Positions 58,213 through 64,000 of a stretch of 64,000 nucleotides of DNA are shown here, piece after piece. Made by a program: the position numbers and the translations under genes. This stretch comes from Rhodothermales bacterium (GTDB taxonomy: Bacteria > Bacteroidota > Rhodothermia > Rhodothermales > BA12). Within the stretch, counting starts at the first letter, position 1. The number at the start of each line of letters is the position of its first letter. The stretch lies in the NCBI GenBank assembly GCA_963740755.1, contig CAVUFJ010000011.1:80822-144821 (forward strand). The letters are read 5' to 3'. The notes under the pieces were generated by a model, which ran no database searches, was not told the DNA's origin, and saw only the letters and a list, made by a program, of their open reading frames with translations.

Positions 58213-59373
58213 CCGGAAAGCCTGTCGCAGCTTGCGGTTGACGGCGGCCGCGTCGAAGTGCGCCGGGTCGAAGCGCTTGCCCGCCCAGGCCTTCATCTCC
58301 CGATGCTCGGGGTGGGACGGGTCGGCGAGCACCGCGCACAGCTCCGCGTAGCCCCACGGGCCGCCGCAGTCTTCGGGCGGCCCGGCGCGCTCGCCATCGA
58401 CGCAGCGGGGGTAGACCGCGCCCGGCTCCGGCGGCGCCATCGCCTCGACCTTCACGTCGTGCACCCAGCCGTCGCCGAAGTCGTAGAGGTAGACAAAGCG
58501 GCTCCCCTTGCGCTGGATGAGGTCGGCGAGGCAGGCGCCGTCGGTCGGGAAGTCGTCCGGGCCGGGCTCGAAGTTGGTGTAGGTGGCGGTCTTCGTCTCG
58601 AAGGCGTACAGGTGGTAATTCTCCCACGCAAAGGCACTCTGGAAGACCAGGTGCAGCGCGTCGAGCGGCAGCGCGAGCGGCACGTCGAGGCGCCGCCAGA
58701 CGGGCGGCTCGGTGCCCGCGATCTCGACCCGCAGCGTGGCGATCTCGCCCCGCTCGGCGGCCCGCTGCGCCCCCGAAGAAGCCATTGTGCGGGGCGGGGG
58801 CGTGTCGAGGACCACGCGGAACCGCTCCGGCCCGTCGGTTTCTTCGAGCAGCACGCGCGTGCCCGGCGGCAAGGTGCCCGGCTCCGTCACGGTGGGGCCG
58901 TAGGGGATGAGGTCCGCCTGCGCGAGCAGGTCCTGCGATTCGGCAGAGAGCGTGCGCGCGTCGAGCACCATCCCGCCTACTGAGAGCATCCACGCGACCG
59001 GGTTGCGGTCGAGCCGGGAGGGCAGCGTCCAGCGCGGGTCGAGGGGGCCGGAGTCGAGCAGGTCGAGCACCTCGCGGCCTTTGCTGGCGCCGGTGGCCTC
59101 GCTCACGCCGCAGGCCGCGCACAGCTCCTTGAGCGTCATGTGGACGTCTCCGCTGGCCGGGTCGGAGAGGAAGTTGATGCGTCCGAGCGCGTAGAGGAGG
59201 CCGCAGGCCCAGCTTCGGGGGCGGCCCTGGGCGAGGCGGTCGGGCACGGCTTCGGCGAGGCGCGCGGCGGCGCGGCGGGCGAGCACCGCGTATTCGTCGG
59301 AGAGGAGCTCGCGGGCGAGGGCTTCGGCGAGGCGGACAATCTCCGCAGGCCGGTCTTCGGGCGGGATAGGCAT
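58210..59373 (-). CDS. Plasmid pRiA4b ORF-3-like family protein (PF07929-like C-domain) with an N-terminal DUF6398-like domain
   Basis: C-terminal ...VWRRLDVPLALPLDALHLVFQSAFAWENYHLYAF...FVYLYDFGDGWVHDVKVE...PRCVDGERAGPPEDCGGPWGYAEL. Intact 387 aa. Confidence 0.7.
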   Translation of the reverse strand: MPIPPEDRPAEIVRLAEALARELLSDEYAVLARRAAARLAEAVPDRLAQGRPRSWACGLLYALGRINFLSDPASGDVHMTLKELCAACGVSEATGASKGREVLDLLDSGPLDPRWTLPSRLDRNPVAWMLSVGGMVLDARTLSAESQDLLAQADLIPYGPTVTEPGTLPPGTRVLLEETDGPERFRVVLDTPPPRTMASSGAQRAAERGEIATLRVEIAGTEPPVWRRLDVPLALPLDALHLVFQSAFAWENYHLYAFETKTATYTNFEPGPDDFPTDGACLADLIQRKGSRFVYLYDFGDGWVHDVKVEAMAPPEPGAVYPRCVDGERAGPPEDCGGPWGYAELCAVLADPSHPEHREMKAWAGKRFDPAHFDAAAVNRKLRQAFR

Positions 59374-59454
59374 AGGAGCCGGGGCGTATCCAAAGATAAC
59401 TGGCGCTACCCACGAAAAAGCCGCCCCGGTGCAGAACCGCGTCGCGCGACGAGC

Positions 59455-59745
59455 CGGACGCCTTCCCCACCCCCTTTGCCAACGTGCCCGGCTACGTGGA
59501 TGCCGACGACGGTAGGGGCGGGGTTAACCACGCCCTACCGCATCCTGGTGCTGCCGGGCGACTTCGGGCACGACAAGGCCCTCGCACGCGTGGCCGGGGT
59601 GTCGCGCGTGGCGCGCCTCTACGACGCCCCCGCGCCCCACTGCGCCGAGGTGCTCCTCGCCACGGGCGCCGCGTGCCTCCCCGGTGGCCGCGCGTGTCGT
59701 GCTCGATAACGCCAACACCCCGGCCGATCTGTTCGGAAGCGCTTT
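59455..59745 (+). pseudogene. Decayed partial duplicate of the 57390-58072 segment (3' end of the hypothetical gene plus an internally deleted mobA)
   Basis: AFPTPFANVPGYVDADD then ...LVLPGDFGHDKALARVAGVSRVARLYDAPAPHCAEVLLATGA...NANTPADL, parallel to mobA's GGHSRRFGRDKALAEVDGVPLVARVYDALAPHCAEVLIATGA...NANTSEDL. Confidence 0.55.
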
Positions 59746-60025
59746 TTGATAAAGTACGTGCGCAGCTGAACCTGTCAGAGTGTAACGAAAGCCCTTCCAG
59801 CATTGCAACGGAAGCCCTTCCGCCCCGGCGCGTGCCTTGACAGGCCCACAAGCGGGCGGTAACGTGCCCAACCGTCGAAGCCGGTGGGTTTTGCCTGAAG
59901 GGGCAGCGCCTGCGGTGGCGCTGCGCGTCCCGCACCGGACGCCGTTGACAAGGCTTCGGCGGACGCCCTGGCGGTGCCGTCCGGCCTGCCGCCGTGTGTC
60001 TGCGCACGAATCCCGAGGTCTGTCA

Positions 60026-64000
<3,975 letters not shown>

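Overview
This is a 64-kb chromosomal segment from a very GC-rich bacterium. GC looks roughly 70% by eye, with long shadow ORFs on every strand. Gene content looks Bacteroidota/Rhodothermota-like: a TonB-dependent receptor, many lipoproteins, a flotillin-NfeD pair, divergent oxyR-catalase and OXA-like class D beta-lactamase, and no Shine-Dalgarno-type spacing. Most of the window is housekeeping or accessory metabolism. It holds a frameshifted M1 aminopeptidase, a pyridine nucleotide-disulfide oxidoreductase, katE/oxyR, nadD, a BtuB-sized TonB receptor, a LolD-like ABC ATPase, accA, a GT2 fusion protein, acpP-fabF, metK, a large metzincin lipoprotein, a DPP-IV-like S9 peptidase, a sodium/solute symporter, EttA, deoA and an MFS exporter. 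It also holds a formate dehydrogenase module (fdhA-DUF1641-fdhD-mobA) and the 5' four kilobases of gltB. Seven observations stand out. (1) A 1.8-kb island of roughly 35-40% GC is essentially one AIPR-family abortive-infection gene, inserted at the 3' end of a DUF445 gene next to a GC-rich vapBC (AbrB/PIN) module. A diverged ~170-bp copy of the DUF445 3' end, carrying the original stop codon, separates the two. The intact gene has lost its stop and now overlaps vapC convergently. (2) A pRiA4b-ORF3-like gene sits between mobA and a decayed partial duplicate of mobA. (3) Two new repeat families are present. One is a GATC-rich GGTCAGAGA...TCTCTGACC element with four copies. The other is a ~210-bp nested-palindrome element with two copies whose stems carry compensatory substitutions. 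(4) A five-gene flippase / epimerase / MBL / PaaK-like adenylating enzyme / KAS-III-like operon. (5) A GT2 fused to a WbaP-type N-terminal regulatory domain with no phosphotransferase domain. (6) An orphan Phd/YefM-like antitoxin whose 3' end is formed by a repeat copy. (7) About 45 single-base indels, mostly in G/C runs, break otherwise conserved genes, essential ones included. These look like sequence-quality artifacts rather than pseudogenisation. No rRNA, tRNA or CRISPR array could be supported by eye.
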